Source: Leucoraja ocellata
Taxonomy: Eukaryota
Direction of reading: 5' to 3'
Assembly: GCA_036785375.1 (NCBI GenBank)
Contig: JAWMAR010000481.1
Coordinates: forward strand, 1,426,001-1,490,000
DNA length: 64,000 bases
Below are positions 1 to 12,699 of this stretch, piece by piece. A model generated the notes under the pieces. The model searched no databases, was not told where the DNA came from, and was given only the letters and a program-made list of their open reading frames with translations. Within the stretch, counting starts at the first letter, position 1; every line of letters begins with the position of its first letter. Position numbers and translations under genes: made by a program.

Positions 1-869
1 CCCGGAGGAGAGGCCACGTGGTCACAGGGAGAACGTGCACACTCCACACACACACGCACACACCTCGAGTAGAAGCCACGTGGTCACAGGGGGAACATGC
101 AAACTCCACACACACAGGCAGCACTCGAGGTCAGCATCAAACACATTCCCAGCCTCGGCAAGGCCAGCAGCATAATCAAGAACAAGCCACTCCCTGGCCA
201 CTCCCTCTTTTCCCCTCTCCCATCAGGCAAAACATATAGAAGTGTGAAAACGCACAGATTCAGACAGTTTCTATCCAGCTGTTATTAGGCAACTGGCAAC
301 TGTACTATCCTACCCCAACCAGAGAGCAGTGCTGAACTACTATCTACCTCATTGATGATCCTTGATCTATCCGTGATTGGACTTTACTGGGTTTATCTTG
401 CACTAAACATTATTCCCTTATCATACATCTGTACACGGTAAATGGTTCGATTATAATCATGTATTGTCTTTCCGCTGACTGGATAGCACACAATAAAAAG
501 CTTTTCACTGTATCTTGGTACACGTGACAATAAACTAAACTGACCCAGGTCTCTGGCACTGTGAGGCAGCAGCTCTGATGCTAATTGGCTTCTTTGAATT
601 GTCCCCGAGTGTGTAGAATAACATAGAACTAGCGTGTGGGTGATCGTTGGTCAGCGTGGACTCGGTGTGCCAATGGTCCTGCTTCCACGATGTATCTCTA
701 AAACTAAACTAAGGAGGATTCAACGTATGTGGGGGATGGGAGCGAATTGTGATGGATGAGGATGAAACAAATTATGGCCGAGTGAATAATGAACAGATGT
801 TTAAAAACTGGAGTTCAATGGATAGTATGAAACCGAGTTTGAGGGAAAGATGAATGGGGAAAAAAGGCA

Positions 870-1830
870 TAGACTCATTTCTAGATGAGGTGAGAATCAA
901 GAAATCGGAGGTGCAAAGGGACTTGGGAGTGCTGGTGCAGGATTCCCACAAAGATAATCGGCAAGACAAATTGGTAATAAAGAAGCCAAACGCAATGCTA
1001 GCATTTATTTCAAGAGGGCTAGTATACAAAAACAGGGATGTAATGCTGAGGCTCTATAAGGTGCTGGTCAGGCCACATTTGGAGTATTGTGAGCAATTTT
1101 GTACACCATATCTGAGGAAGGATGTGCTGGCTCTGGAGAGGGTCCAGAGGAGGTTTACGAGAATGATCCCAGGAATGAATGGGTTAACCTATGATGAGCG
1201 TTTATGATGGCAGTGGGTCTGTACTCACTGGAGTTCATTGAAATGCACCAAAGAGTGCAAGGTTTGGACAGTGTGGACGTGGAGAGGATGTTTCCACTCA
1301 TGGGAGAGTCTCGGACAAGTTTCACAACCTGGGGAAATTTACCCCCAGAGGTAAATTTCGCCTACCCAGGGGTAAATTTGTTGATTCTGGATTTGTACAT
1401 ATTTTTTCTAATTGACTAATGTGTTTGGTTCTGGTATACTGGTATCTGTTCATCATTAGTTGTTCATAAATAAGTGAAATTAAATAAGTGTTATTAAAGT
1501 TGCCAGGGGTAAAAGGGATGAAAAAGGTTGGCAACCCCTAGTCAAGGACCAGAACCTCAGAATTAAATGACATTCCTTTAAGAAGGAGACCAGGAGGAAT
1601 GTCCTTAGCCAGAAGGTGAATCTGCGGAATTCATTGCCACAGGCAGCTGTGGAGGCCAACTCATTGGATATTTTTTAGGCGGAGATAGATAGATTCTTGA
1701 TTAGAACGAGTGTCAGGGGTTATAGGGAGAAGACAGGAGAATGAGGTTGAGACTGAAAGATAGATCAGCCTTAATTGAATGGTGGAGTAAACCTGATGGG
1801 CAGAATGGTCTACTTCTGCTCCTGTCATTT
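870..1830 (+). mobile_element. CR1-type LINE 3' fragment interrupted by a MITE
   Basis: RDLGVLV...LYKVLVRPHLEYC.QF..PYLRKD..ALERVQRRFTRMIPG, the CR1 ORF2 C-terminus. Confidence 0.85.
1316..1540. mobile_element. hAT-like MITE inserted in CR1
   Basis: Right end AGGTTGGCAACCCCTA, degenerate left end CAAGTTTCACAACCT, and an imperfect 8-bp TSD GTCTCGGA/GTCAAGGA that splits the CR1 sequence. Confidence 0.5.
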
Positions 1831-4595
1831 AAGAGTGAGGGTTCAATGTTAACTGAGCTGTTAACATATGATGGACAAGTAAATGGGATTGTGGTGATGT
1901 CCAGGATACAGAGAGTATTGCTCAATGTGGTGAAATGATAGACTGTCATTCCATAGAAGCTTCCTTTAGAGATACAACATGGAAACAGGCCGTTCCACCC
2001 ACTAAGTACACGCTGACCAGCGATCACCTGTACACTAGGTCTACCCTACTCACTGGGGGCAAATTTCAGAACTAAACTACACACCTGCACGTCTTTGGAA
2101 TGTGGGAGGAAATCGGAGCACCTGGAGAAAACCCACGCAGTCACAGAGAGAACGTAAAAACTCTAATCCCACCTGCCTGCACTTGGCCCATATCCCTCTC
2201 AACCTTTCCTACTTCTGAACCTGTCAAAATGTCTTTTGAATCGAAGAAAAGACACAAAATGCTGGAGTAACTCAACGGGACAGGCAGCATCTCTGGAGAG
2301 AAGGAATGGGTGTCGTTTCGGGTTGAGACCCTTGTTCAGACTGATGACAGGGAGTGGGAGGCACAGAGATAAAACATAGCCAGAGACAGTAAGATTAGTG
2401 GGAGAACTGGGAAGGGGGGGTGTTGGAGAGAGAGGGAAAGCAAGAGCTACTTGAAGTTAGAGAAGTCAATGTTTATACTACTGGGGTGTAAGCTGCCCAA
2501 GCAAAATTTGAGGTTCTATTCATAAGTTCATAAGTGATAGGAGCAGAATTAGACCATGCGGCCCATCAAATCCACTCCGCCATTCAATCATGGCTGATCT
2601 ATCCCTCCCTCCTAACCCAGTTCTCCTGCCTTCTCCACATAACCCCTGACACCCGCACTAATCAAAAATCTATCTATCTCTGTCAGTCTGAAGAAGGGTC
2701 TCGACATTAAATGTCGCCTATTCCTTCGCTCCATAGATGCTGCCTCACCCGCTGAGTTCCTCCAGCATTTTGTCTACCTTCGATTTTTCCAGCATCTGCA
2801 GTTTCTTTCTTAAACAAAAATTTATCTATCTCTGCCTTTGAAATATCCATTGATGGCCTCCACAGCCTTCTGTGGCAAAGAATTCCACACAATCACCACC
2901 CTCTGACTAGCAGCAATTGTGAAACCAGTCTCAGACAACTGGGTACCTCCAACCACCCTAATGTCAGGCGTCTGGAGTCATACATGTTTACATGTATCCA
3001 ACATTGCTAATTATGTCCAATGCAGTGAGCTGCAGCCAATGCTCATGCTAAACCACTAAATGATTTAATCTTCTTTAAATAGATCTCCTGGCATCAAATT
3101 CAAGGAAGCTAATTTCAATTTGATCGCCCAAACCTCTGGGCCTCACTCTGACTATGGAGGAGGCCCAGGACTGAAAGGTCAGTGTGGGAATGGGAGGGGA
3201 ATTAAGTGTTGAGCAACCGGGAGATCAGGTAGGTTCTCCAGTAAAGTCTCGGAGGATAATCCAGAAAGGCTCTGGAACCAAAAGGCTCTACTCACCATGG
3301 AGGGCAATGTCAAAGATCAATGAAAAACCAAAGATAGACACAAAAGGCTGGAGGAACTCAGCGGGACAAACAGCACCTCTGCTTTCAAATGTCTTCCATA
3401 TCTCTCGTTTTCCTCACCCCTGACTCTCGGTCTGAAGAAGGGTCTCAATCCTAAACGTCACCCATTCCTTTTCTCCACAGATGCTGCCTGACCCACTGAG
3501 TTATTCCAGCTTTTTGTGTCTATCTTCGGCTTAAACCAGCATCTGCAGTTCTGCTCCTTCCCACACATCAATGAGGGACCATGCTCCCTGGGTTAACCAG
3601 ATGCAGTGTTATTTTATTCTACTCACCGACTGAGCCACTTTACCATGCTCTTCCTGGGAATTGAGGATGTGCGACTTGTATCGGCACGTTGTTGCTACAG
3701 AGTGGCAAACAAACAAACACAAGTTGGACAAATTAATGCAGTTATTCTGCGAAATTCAATGCTTGCACCAAAGATCATTTGGCCGGGAGGTATTTATTTC
3801 TCTGGCAAGAGAACATGGCTCGTGACATAGCGGCTTCACCACAGCAGCCTGCGGGACTTAACATCGCGGAGCCCGCAGTCTCTGGTCAGAGACAGACATC
3901 GGGAACTCCAAGCCACAGGAGCTTGGATCGGCTCAACACGGGAGCTTTGATTGTCCTGACGCAGGGGCTTCGACCGCCGGCTGCGGGAGCTCCGATTGCC
4001 CCCGACACATGGTTCAACTCCTCCGACTGCAGGGAAGAAGGTTACTCTTTTGCCTTCCATCACAGTGACGAATGTGGGGAATCTGCTGTGGTGGATGTTT
4101 ATGTTAACTTTCATGTAGTTGTGTGTCTTGTTACTTTTTTAGTATGGGTAATTCGAATATCACTGGACCTTAATTGGTACAGGTGACAATAAAAGACAAT
4201 AAAAGTATCTAAAAACAAAGCTTTTCACTGTATCTCAGTACACATGACAATAATAAGCCTAGGCATAAAGTTCTCCAATACAGACTGTGTACAAACTAAA
4301 CACCACCATAATGAGAAGAACTGATCCACTGTAGATGGGAATTTGATATATTGCGTCTTACTCTGGTCACTCTTCCAGCCTATTTGCCCCCATCTTGTTC
4401 TACATTTAAGATAGTCACAAAATGCTGGAGTAGGTGATGTTTTAGGTCAAGGCCCTTCTTCAGACTGAGAGTCTGGGGTGAGGCAATCGAGAAATAGAGA
4501 GGGTGATATAAGAACTGCAGATGCTGGTTTACACCAAAGATAGGCCCGAAACGTCACCCATTCCTTCTATTCAAAGATGCCACCTGTCCCACTAT

Positions 4596-4946
4596 AGGGC
4601 CTGTTCCACTTTCCCAAGCTATTCACAAATTCTCCCAAGTTTTCAAACTCGCAGAATATTCGTAACAAGTCCGTAGGAGGCCATGATATATCGTAGTGGC
4701 TCGTTATGCCAGCCTTAGGTACTCAGGGCTAACTTTTCACTCGTGAACATTTTTCATCATGCTGAAAAAACTTACATGATGTCCCGAGTACCTACGGCTG
4801 GCATACCGAGCCGCTACAATATATCGACAGACTCCTACCGCCTCCAACGGACTCGCTACGGACATTCTGCGAGTTTGAAAACTCGGAAGAAATCATGAAT
4901 AATTCAGGAAAATTTGTGAATAATTTGGGAAAGTAGGACAGGCCCT
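4596..4946. mobile_element. PIF/Harbinger-like MITE
   Basis: TIR AGGGCCTGTTCCACTTT / AAAGTAGGACAGGCCCT, long internal inverted repeat, 3-bp flanks TAT/TAA. Confidence 0.75.
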
Positions 4947-5254
4947 TAAGTTACTCTAGCGTTTTATGTTTATCTTTGGTGTAAATCAGCATCTGCAGTT
5001 TCTTACTTTACATTTTGTCTGCACTACATTTAGATGCAGATCCTCCCCACTGCACAGTCACCCTCTTTACTTACAGCCCATCCATCCAGTAGAGTGTTTG
5101 GGACACCAGAGGGTGGACTAGGCGATTGCTATGGGACTGAAGGCATCTTTTACCAAGTGGGAAATCGACCCGTACCTGCATTTCTCATTTGCAAACCGTT
5201 CGGGTTACAAAGAGCTCCCGGGAAGAGACCCCATTCACAATCCAGGGATGAGCC

Positions 5255-7228
5255 AATAGACAATAGACAATGGGTGCAGGAGTAGGTCTTTTGACCCTTC
5301 GACCCAGCACCGCCATTCAATGTGATCATGGCTGATCATCCCCTACCAGTACCCTGTTCCTGCCTGTGTGTGGACGTGGCATCGAAGGACGAGAAGCTGA
5401 ACCAAAGAAGTGGAAGCCAAATAACCGAATGGAAACAAAGCCAAAACACCAAAGAACCAAAAGGGTACAAAGCCGAAATGCCAACTAACCGAAAGGGTAG
5501 GATGCCTAAAAGCAAACTCACCGAAAGGTCGCTCTGTCGAAATGCCAACTCACCGAATGGCTGCTCTGCCGAAAAGTCAAATAACGGCCGGGGGCGGGAC
5601 ATGTCAGCGATTGGTCCAGACCCACGTGTCCATCATATCACTGGCCGATGGAGACGGGAGGGTGGGGATCATGTTCCCACACAAGCCATAGGTGACTGGG
5701 CACTCTGATCCCGAGCTCCAAGTTGTACAGTCCCGTTCCGCCCCCCCCGGCAGCATCATGTCCGTTCGGTTAGTTTGCTTTTAGGCGTCCCACCCTTACG
5801 GTTAGTTGGCGTTTCAGCTTCGTTTCCGTTCGGTTATTTAGGTTACACTTCATTGCTTCGGCTTCTTGTCCTTCGACGCCATGTCTGGGTCCCGTTCCTG
5901 CCTTCTCCCCATATCCCCTGGCTCCGCTATCTTTAAGAGCCCTATCTAGCTCTCTCTTGAAAGTATCCAGAGAACCGACCTCCACTGCCCTCTAAGGCAG
6001 AGAATTCCACAGACTCACAACTCTTTGTGTGAAGAAGTGTTTCCTCGTCTCCGTTCTAAATGATTACCCCTTATTCTTAAACTGTGGCCTCTGATTTTGG
6101 ACTCCCCCCAACATCGGGAACATGTTTCCTGCCTCTAGCATGTCCAAACCCTTAATAATCTTATATGTTTCAAGAATATCCTCTCATCCTTCTTAACTCC
6201 AGAGTATACAAGCCCAGCCGCTCCATTCTCTCAGCATATGACAGTCCCGCCATCCCGGGAATTAAACTTGTAAACCTACGCTGCACTCCCTCAATAGCCA
6301 GCATGTCCTTCCTCAAATTAGGGGACAAAACTGCACACAATACTCCAGATGTGGTCTCAGTCGGGATCTGTACAACTGCAGAAGGATCTATTTGTTCCTA
6401 TACTCAAATCCTCTTGTTGTGAAGGCCAACATGCGATTCGTTTTCTTCACTGCCTGCTGTACTTGCATGCTTACTTTCATTGATTGATGAACAAGGACCC
6501 CCCGATCCCGTTGTACTTCCTCTTTTCCCAACTTGACACCATTTAGTCAATAATAATCTGCCTCCCTGCCTCCCTGCCATGCATCTGCCCACTCACCCAA
6601 CCTGTCCAAGTCACCCTGCATTCTCATAGCATCCTCCTCACAGTTCACACTGTCACCCAGCTTTGTGACTTCTGCAAATTTGCTCATGTTACTTTGAATC
6701 CCTTCATCTAAATCATTAATGTATTTTGTAAATTGCTGCAGTCCCAGCACCGAGCCTTGTGGTGCCCCACTAGTCACTGCCTGCCATTCTGAAAGGGACC
6801 CGTTAATCCCTCTTCTTTGTTTCCTATCTGCCAACCAATTTTCTATCCATGTCAGCACTCTACCCCCGATACCATGTGCCTTAATTCTGTCCTATGTGGG
6901 ACCTTATCAAATGCTTTCTGAAAGTCCAGGTACACTACATGTCTGGGTCCCGTTCCTGCCTTGGTTACATTTTGTCTGCTCTACATTTAGATGCAGATCC
7001 TCCCCACTGGCTCTCCCTTGCCCATTTGGGGATTTATCAGCCTTCAGTCCCATCAGTCCACCCAACACCATTTCCTGTCCAATGTAGATTTCCTTCAGTA
7101 CCTCCGTCACCCCAGATCCTCTGGCTGCTACTATATCAGGAAGATTGTTTGTGTCCTCCTTAGTGAAGCCAGATCCAAAGTACCTATTCAACTCATCTAC
7201 CATTTCCTTATTCCTCATAATAAATTCA
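5255..7228 (-). mobile_element. CR1-type LINE (RT to 3' end), degenerate, with nested insertions
   Basis: - strand ORFs WIENWLADRKQR...SG.PQGSVLG...YINDLDEGI...SKFA.TKLG. Confidence 0.9.
5365..5890. mobile_element. Unclassified TIR element nested in the CR1 3' end
   Basis: ~30-bp inverted ends (GACGTGGCATCGAAGGACGAGAAGCTGAA / TTCGGCTTCTTGTCCTTCGACGCCATGTC), CCGAA subterminal repeats, and flanking duplication CCYGTTCCTGCC. Confidence 0.7.
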
Positions 7229-7708
7229 CCCCACAACCCTCCCTCCCCTGCATCCCCCCTCCCCTACACCCCCTCCCTGCCCTCACCCACACCCCCCTCC
7301 CCCACACTACCCCACACTCCCCCCGACCACGCACCCCTCCTCCTACACCCACAACCCCCCTGCCCCACATCCCTCCTACCCCCCTTTCTCCCCCCACCAT
7401 CCTCCCACCCCCACAACCCCCCTACCCCCACCCCCCACCCCACCCACATCCTACAACCACCCTCTCCCTCCCAAACCCCTCTCCCCCTCCCACCTCCTCT
7501 CCCCCCCACCCACCCCCCCCCCGACAGGCCCCGCCTGAAGCCGTCACCCTCCCTGGCTGCAGGACGCTCCCCGCCTGAGGTCGGCCCTGTCCCCCCGCTA
7601 CAGAACGCTCCCGCCATTGCGATGGGGGAACAGGTGAGTGGTGGAGTATTGCATTGGGGGACCAGGCCTCCCGTGTGACTGGGACCCAACGGGTTCCACT
7701 TAGTCTAG
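7228..7708 (+). mobile_element. Possible non-autonomous Helitron-like element 3' end with a C-rich tract
   Basis: Hairpin GGGACCC-AAC-GGGTTCC (7681-7697), 7 nt, then CTAG|T. Confidence 0.45.
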
Positions 7709-7973
7709 TATGACAATAAAACACTCTTGACTCTTGACATGGATAGGATGGGTATGGATAGATATGGAGCAAGTGAAGGGAGGTGGGACTGGTGTTGATG
7801 GAGCATCTTGTAAATGTGGGCAAGACAAAATGTGAAGGAACAGCAGATGCTGGTTTACACTAAAGATAGACACAAACTGCTCGAAAAACTCAGCGGGACA
7901 GACAGATTACATCTCAGCGATATGAATATTGATTTCTCCAACTTCAAGTAACTCTTGCTTTCCCTCTCTCTCC

Positions 7974-8006
<33 letters not shown>

Positions 8007-9194
8007 TAGTTCTCCAACTAGCTTCATTGTCCTGTGAAACGTCACCTATCCAAGTTTGACAGAGATGCTGCCTGGCCCGCTGAGTTACTCCAGTACTTTG
8101 TGAAATGTCACCTATCCATGTTCTCCAGAGATGCTCCTTGACATTTGTTGTTTCAGGTCGGGACCCTTCCGGTTTGAGTGGGACAGTGGAGTAGAGAAGC
8201 CAAGACAGTTGTTGCACCCACAGTGGATATAAAAAGGTCCAGAGAGGGTAGAAAGCTGGGTAGGGACTGGGGGCAGGGGGGTGGGGGGGAAGATGTGGGG
8301 TGGGAAGAGGTAGGGGAATGTTGGAGACAGGAGACAGGGTTGTCACTGGATGGATACGATTCTCTCCCATAAAAAAAAGCTTAGAGGTGGCAGAAGACCC
8401 CTATGTCCCTATGTTCCCGATGTAGGGGGAGTCCAGAACCAGGGGTCACAGTTTAAGAATAAGACCCGCTGAGTCACTCCACCTTTTATCTAGGTCTATT
8501 AACAGATTCAGATCTACCTTAGATCTCCTCTTGTAAGTCTGCGTGGCTCTGTCCTTTGTCTCCAGCATTCTCGAAACTCCTTGCTTGGGTTATTGATCAA
8601 CTCCGCGAAGGTTAGAGTTTCCACCTCTAGTAGCTGCCGGTTATTTCTATGCCTGGCAATAGGATTATTGCGTACCCACTTCAAGTTGACAGATGAAATG
8701 GAGCCAGTTTGCCAAGTTGACAGATGAAATGGAGCCCGTCTCTCATGGTTACGGATGCAGTTCACTGTGAGGTCACCAGCTAGGCACATTATGAGGTCAC
8801 CTCTGAATATGATGGTTTACAAACTTGCGATCTTACGAATGGAAGGCAGGCCCAGAAGGGAATAAACCACATCACCATATGACCATCACAGTGGTAAAAA
8901 GCTACTGGACTCAAGTGTTAGATAGAAGGAATTCAGTTCAGTTGAGATTATTGTCACGTGTACAGAGAAAAGCTTTTTATCGCATGTCAGCAGAAAGACA
9001 ATGCATGATTACAATCGAGTCATTTACAGTGTATAGATACATGGTAAGAGAATAACGTTTAATGCAAGATAAAGCCAGCAAAGTCCGATCAAGGATAGTC
9101 TGAGGGTCACCAATGAAGTCAATAGTAGTTCAGCACTGCTCTCTGGTTGTGGTAGGATGATTCATTTGTCTGATAACAGCAGGGAAGGAACTGT

Positions 9195-10078
9195 GTTCAA
9201 GAAGAAACTGCAGATGCTGGAAAATCGAAGGTACACAAAAATGCTGGAGAAACTCAGCGGGTGCAGCAGCATCTATGGAGCGAAGGAAATAGGTGACGTT
9301 TCGGGCCGAAACCCTTCTTCAGACCGATAGGGGGAGAAGAAAGGAAAAAGGGACGAGGAGGAGCCCGAGGGCGGGGGGATGGGAGGAGACAGCTCAAGGG
9401 TTAAGGAAGGGGAGGAGACAGCAAGGGCTAGCAAAATTGGGAGAATTCAATGTTCATGCCCGACGGACGCAGGCTACCCAGGAATATGAGGTGCTGTTTC
9501 TCCAATTTCCGGTGTTGCTCACTCTGGCAATGGAGGAGACCCAGGACAGAGAGGTCGGATTGGGAATGGGAGGGGGAGTTGAAGTGCTGAGCCACCGGGA
9601 GTTCAGGTAGTCTTGCGGACTGAGCAGAGGTGTTCGGCGAAACGATCGCCCAACCTCCGCTTAGTCTCACCGATGTAAATCAGCTGACAGCTAGAGCAGC
9701 GGATTCAGTAGATGAGGTTGGAGGAGATACAGGTCGCACCTGGAACGACTGCTTGGCTCCTTGAATGGAGTTGAAGGGGGGAGGTAAAGGGACGGGTGTT
9801 GCATTTCTTGCAGTTGCAATGGAAAGTGCCCGGGGAGGGGGTGGTACGGCAGGGAAGGGAAGAATTGACAAGGGAGTTGCGGAGGGAGCGGTCTTTGCGG
9901 AAGGCAGACATGGGGGGAGATGGGAAGATGTGGCGAGTGGTGGGGTCACGTTGGAGGTGGCGAAAATGGCGGAGGATGATTTGTTGTATTTGCCGGCTGG
10001 TGGGGTGAAAGGTGAGGACTAGGGGGACTCTGCCCTTGTTGCGAGTGCGGGGATGGGGAGAGAGAGCAGTGTTGCGGG
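9195..10078 (-). mobile_element. Penelope-like retroelement 3' part (GIY-YIG endonuclease plus pLTR)
   Basis: Frameshifted RVPLVLTFHP...CNCKKCNT...TCISSNLIY.IRCS..YIGETKRRLGDRFAEH...PVAQHFNSPSHS...LE..LIF.LGSL.P.GMNIEF. Hammerhead motif downstream of the stop. Confidence 0.88.
9292..9325 (-). ncRNA. Minimal type-I hammerhead ribozyme motif
   Basis: - strand GGU CUGAAGA A GGGU-UUCG-GCCC GAAAC GUC ACC: intact core, stem II with a UUCG loop, GUC cleavage triplet, 3-bp stem I (GGU/ACC), palindromic ACGU in place of stem III. Confidence 0.7.
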
Positions 10079-10145
10079 GTATGGAAGAGACACAGGGAGG
10101 AAACTGTTCCTGAATCTGGAGGTGTGCGTTTTCAAACTTCTGCAC

Positions 10146-10675
10146 CTTTCCTAATTTGAGGACGGACATTTTTGCTATTGAGGGATTGTAGCGTAAGTTC
10201 ACCAGGTTAATTCCCGGGATGGCGGGAATGACATATGATGAAAGAATGGGTCGACTGGGCTTGTATTCGCTGGAATTGAGAAGGATGAGAGGCAATCTTA
10301 TAGAAACACATAAAATTCTTAAAGGATTGAACAGTCTAGATGCAGGAAGAATGTTCCCGATGTTGGGGGAGTCCAGAACCAGGGGTCACAGTTTAAGAAT
10401 AAGGGTTAGGCCATTTAGGACTGAGGTGAGGGAAAAACCTTCACGCAGAACATCTGTGGAATCCTCTGCCACAGAAGGCAGTGGAGGCCAATTCACTGGA
10501 TGTTTTCAAGAGAGAGTTGAATGTGGCTTTTATGGATAAACGTAATCAAGGGATATGGTGAGATAGCAGGAATGGGGTATTGATTTTGGATGATCAGCCA
10601 TGATCATATTGAAAGGCGGTGCTGGCTCGAAGGGTGTATGGCCAACTCCTGCATCTATTTTCTATGTTTCTATGT
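10146..10675 (+). mobile_element. CR1-type LINE 3' end
   Basis: GMTYDERM.RLGLYSLE.RRMRG.LIET.KILKG followed by a (TTTCTATG)n tail. Confidence 0.85.
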
Positions 10676-11872
10676 CGTGGTGAGTCCAGCACTCGTTGAT
10701 GTCTGGTCCTGAAGAAGGGTACTGTACCAAAATGTCACCCACCCATGTTCTCCAGAGATGCTACTCGAACCGCTGAGTTACTCCAGCACTCTGTTCTTTC
10801 ATAGTCTGGCTGGTGTCTTGCTTATATGAAAGAGCTACATTGCCAATGCACACAAGCTCCAACTTTGCCGTCAACATGAAATTGTTGACAGTTCAATAAA
10901 TGAAATACGTTGATGGAACCCGAGTGATGGACAAGATAATGATTCACAGGAGAAAGTTAAATCTGCATTGAATTAAACCCCACATGTAGAAACTGAACTA
11001 AAGGAAGATGTTTCCAAAAGTTATGAGCTTGATTCTATTACTCCAGAAGTGAAGGGCAGGTGGGGGAGGGTCTTAGGCACCCCTTCATTTGATCAACACA
11101 AGGGATAAGGGTTTGGCTTAATCATACTTTGATCTGTCAAGGAATAAACGTGAAACACTATTCAATCTCAAGTATTTTCATTTTCACATACAGTGTGGCA
11201 ACGGGCCCTTTGGCCCACCATGTCCATGCCGCCCAGCATTCACTTGTATGCCAGCACTATCCTATACACTGGGCGCTTTTTACCAAAGCCAATTAACCTA
11301 AAATCCTGTACGTCTTTGGAGTGTAGGAGGAAACCAGAGCACCTGGAGAAAACCCACACGGGTTACGGGGAGAACGTACAAACTCTGTACAGACAGCACC
11401 CGACGCTGTGAGGCAGCAACTCTACCGCTGCACCACCCTACCTTGTTGGGGCAAAATACTTAAAAAGTAGCAGAATATTTTTGACATTTACCAAATGAGA
11501 GTTGTCTACAGTCAAAGCATGTGTAGCTAGTTCCTGGCATGAAAATACTTCCGCTTTAACAGTTTCACGCTTAACTCTTTAAACCTAAAGACTCCACTGT
11601 TGAAATGCAATTCAATATTTGACAAATCTGAACACAGTAACAGACAGATATAAAGCACACAGAGGGATTACTGGAGTGCATTTTCCATTTGTAGTCCCTG
11701 AGAAATCAGTGGCAGTGGCAGATGGTTGTTCTGATGTTCTAAGCCATGCCAATCCAGATATGATTGAATGACGGAGAGGACTTGATGTGCCAAAAGGAGA
11801 AGGAACAATCATTGGGTTTCAAAGTTTGCAGAGGGCTAACATACAACTCCCTTAGCATCAAGTAAATTGATC

Positions 11873-12150
11873 AGCACGGTGGCACTGTGGTAGAGTTGCC
11901 GCCTTACAGTGCCAGAGACCCGGGTTCGATCCTGACTATGCCTGCTATCTGGACGGAGTTTGTATGTTCTCCCTGTGTCCTGCATGGGTTTCCACCCACA
12001 TTTCAGAGATATGCCGGTTTGTAGGTAAATTGACTTCTGTAAATTTCCCCTATTGTGTAGGATATAGGCCTAGTGTACAGGTGATTGTTGGTTAGCGTAG
12101 ACACGGTGGGCGGAAGGGCCTGTTTTCATGCCATCTCTCTAAAACAAACT
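11873..12150 (+). mobile_element. tRNA-derived SINE (HE1/V-SINE-like)
   Basis: A box TGGCACTGTGG, B box GGTTCGATCC, core GGAGTTTGTATGTTCTCCC, and a CR1-like tail. Related copies at about 1960-2160(-), 11170-11435(-), 20220-20425(-), 46920-47080(-) and 60745-61040(+). Confidence 0.8.
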
Positions 12151-12699
12151 ATTGCCTTCACCTCGTTGGTCTCAGTTTAACATTGCTTGTGAAAGTCAGC
12201 AAAGTGCAAGATTCTTTCAATAGCCCTCAGACCAGTGAGCCCATGGGCTCATCTCTTAACCAGACAGTCAAAACCTTTTTTAGTTTAGTTTATAGATACA
12301 GCACTGTATCAGGCCCTTCAGCCCACTGAGTCCACGTCAACCAGCGATACCCACACATTAACTACCCTGCACACACTAGGAACAATTTACATTTATATCA
12401 AGCCAATTAATCCACAAAGCAAAAACCAGAAGGTATTTTACTTGTCTAAATGTCTCACCCAGCTAGATTTTAAAATAAGCCTGCATTCTTCAATGTGGGT
12501 GGTTTAAGTGGAAAACTATAAATCTGAACTAGGATTAATCCTGTATTATTCACTAATGGCTGCATACTTCACTTGGGAGTTTTGTCTTCTTAAAAACATC
12601 TGTCACTTACACAGAAACTTTGAGTGTAACTACTTTTTCACTGAACCTTGGCTCACAGCACAAGACCCTTGGCTTGAGCATAACTCTTGGATCTAAGCA

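Noticed and set aside
6991-7823. Pro-rich and Gly-rich ORFs
   Set aside because: Low-complexity C-rich tract. The same applies to the ORFs at 61473-62226.
8514-8789. - strand ORF with RQLLEVETLTFAELI, faintly like a Gypsy gag segment
   Set aside because: Too short and degenerate, with no LTR or pol sequence nearby; cannot be supported without a search.
11600-11870. Non-repeat stretches with near-open frames (also about 15150-15750, 25440-25740, 26560-26900)
   Set aside because: No recognisable domain, internal stops, and no consistent exon chain.
11873-11945. tRNA-like A/B boxes
   Set aside because: This is a SINE head continuing into core and LINE-like tail, present in multiple decayed copies; it is not a tRNA gene.
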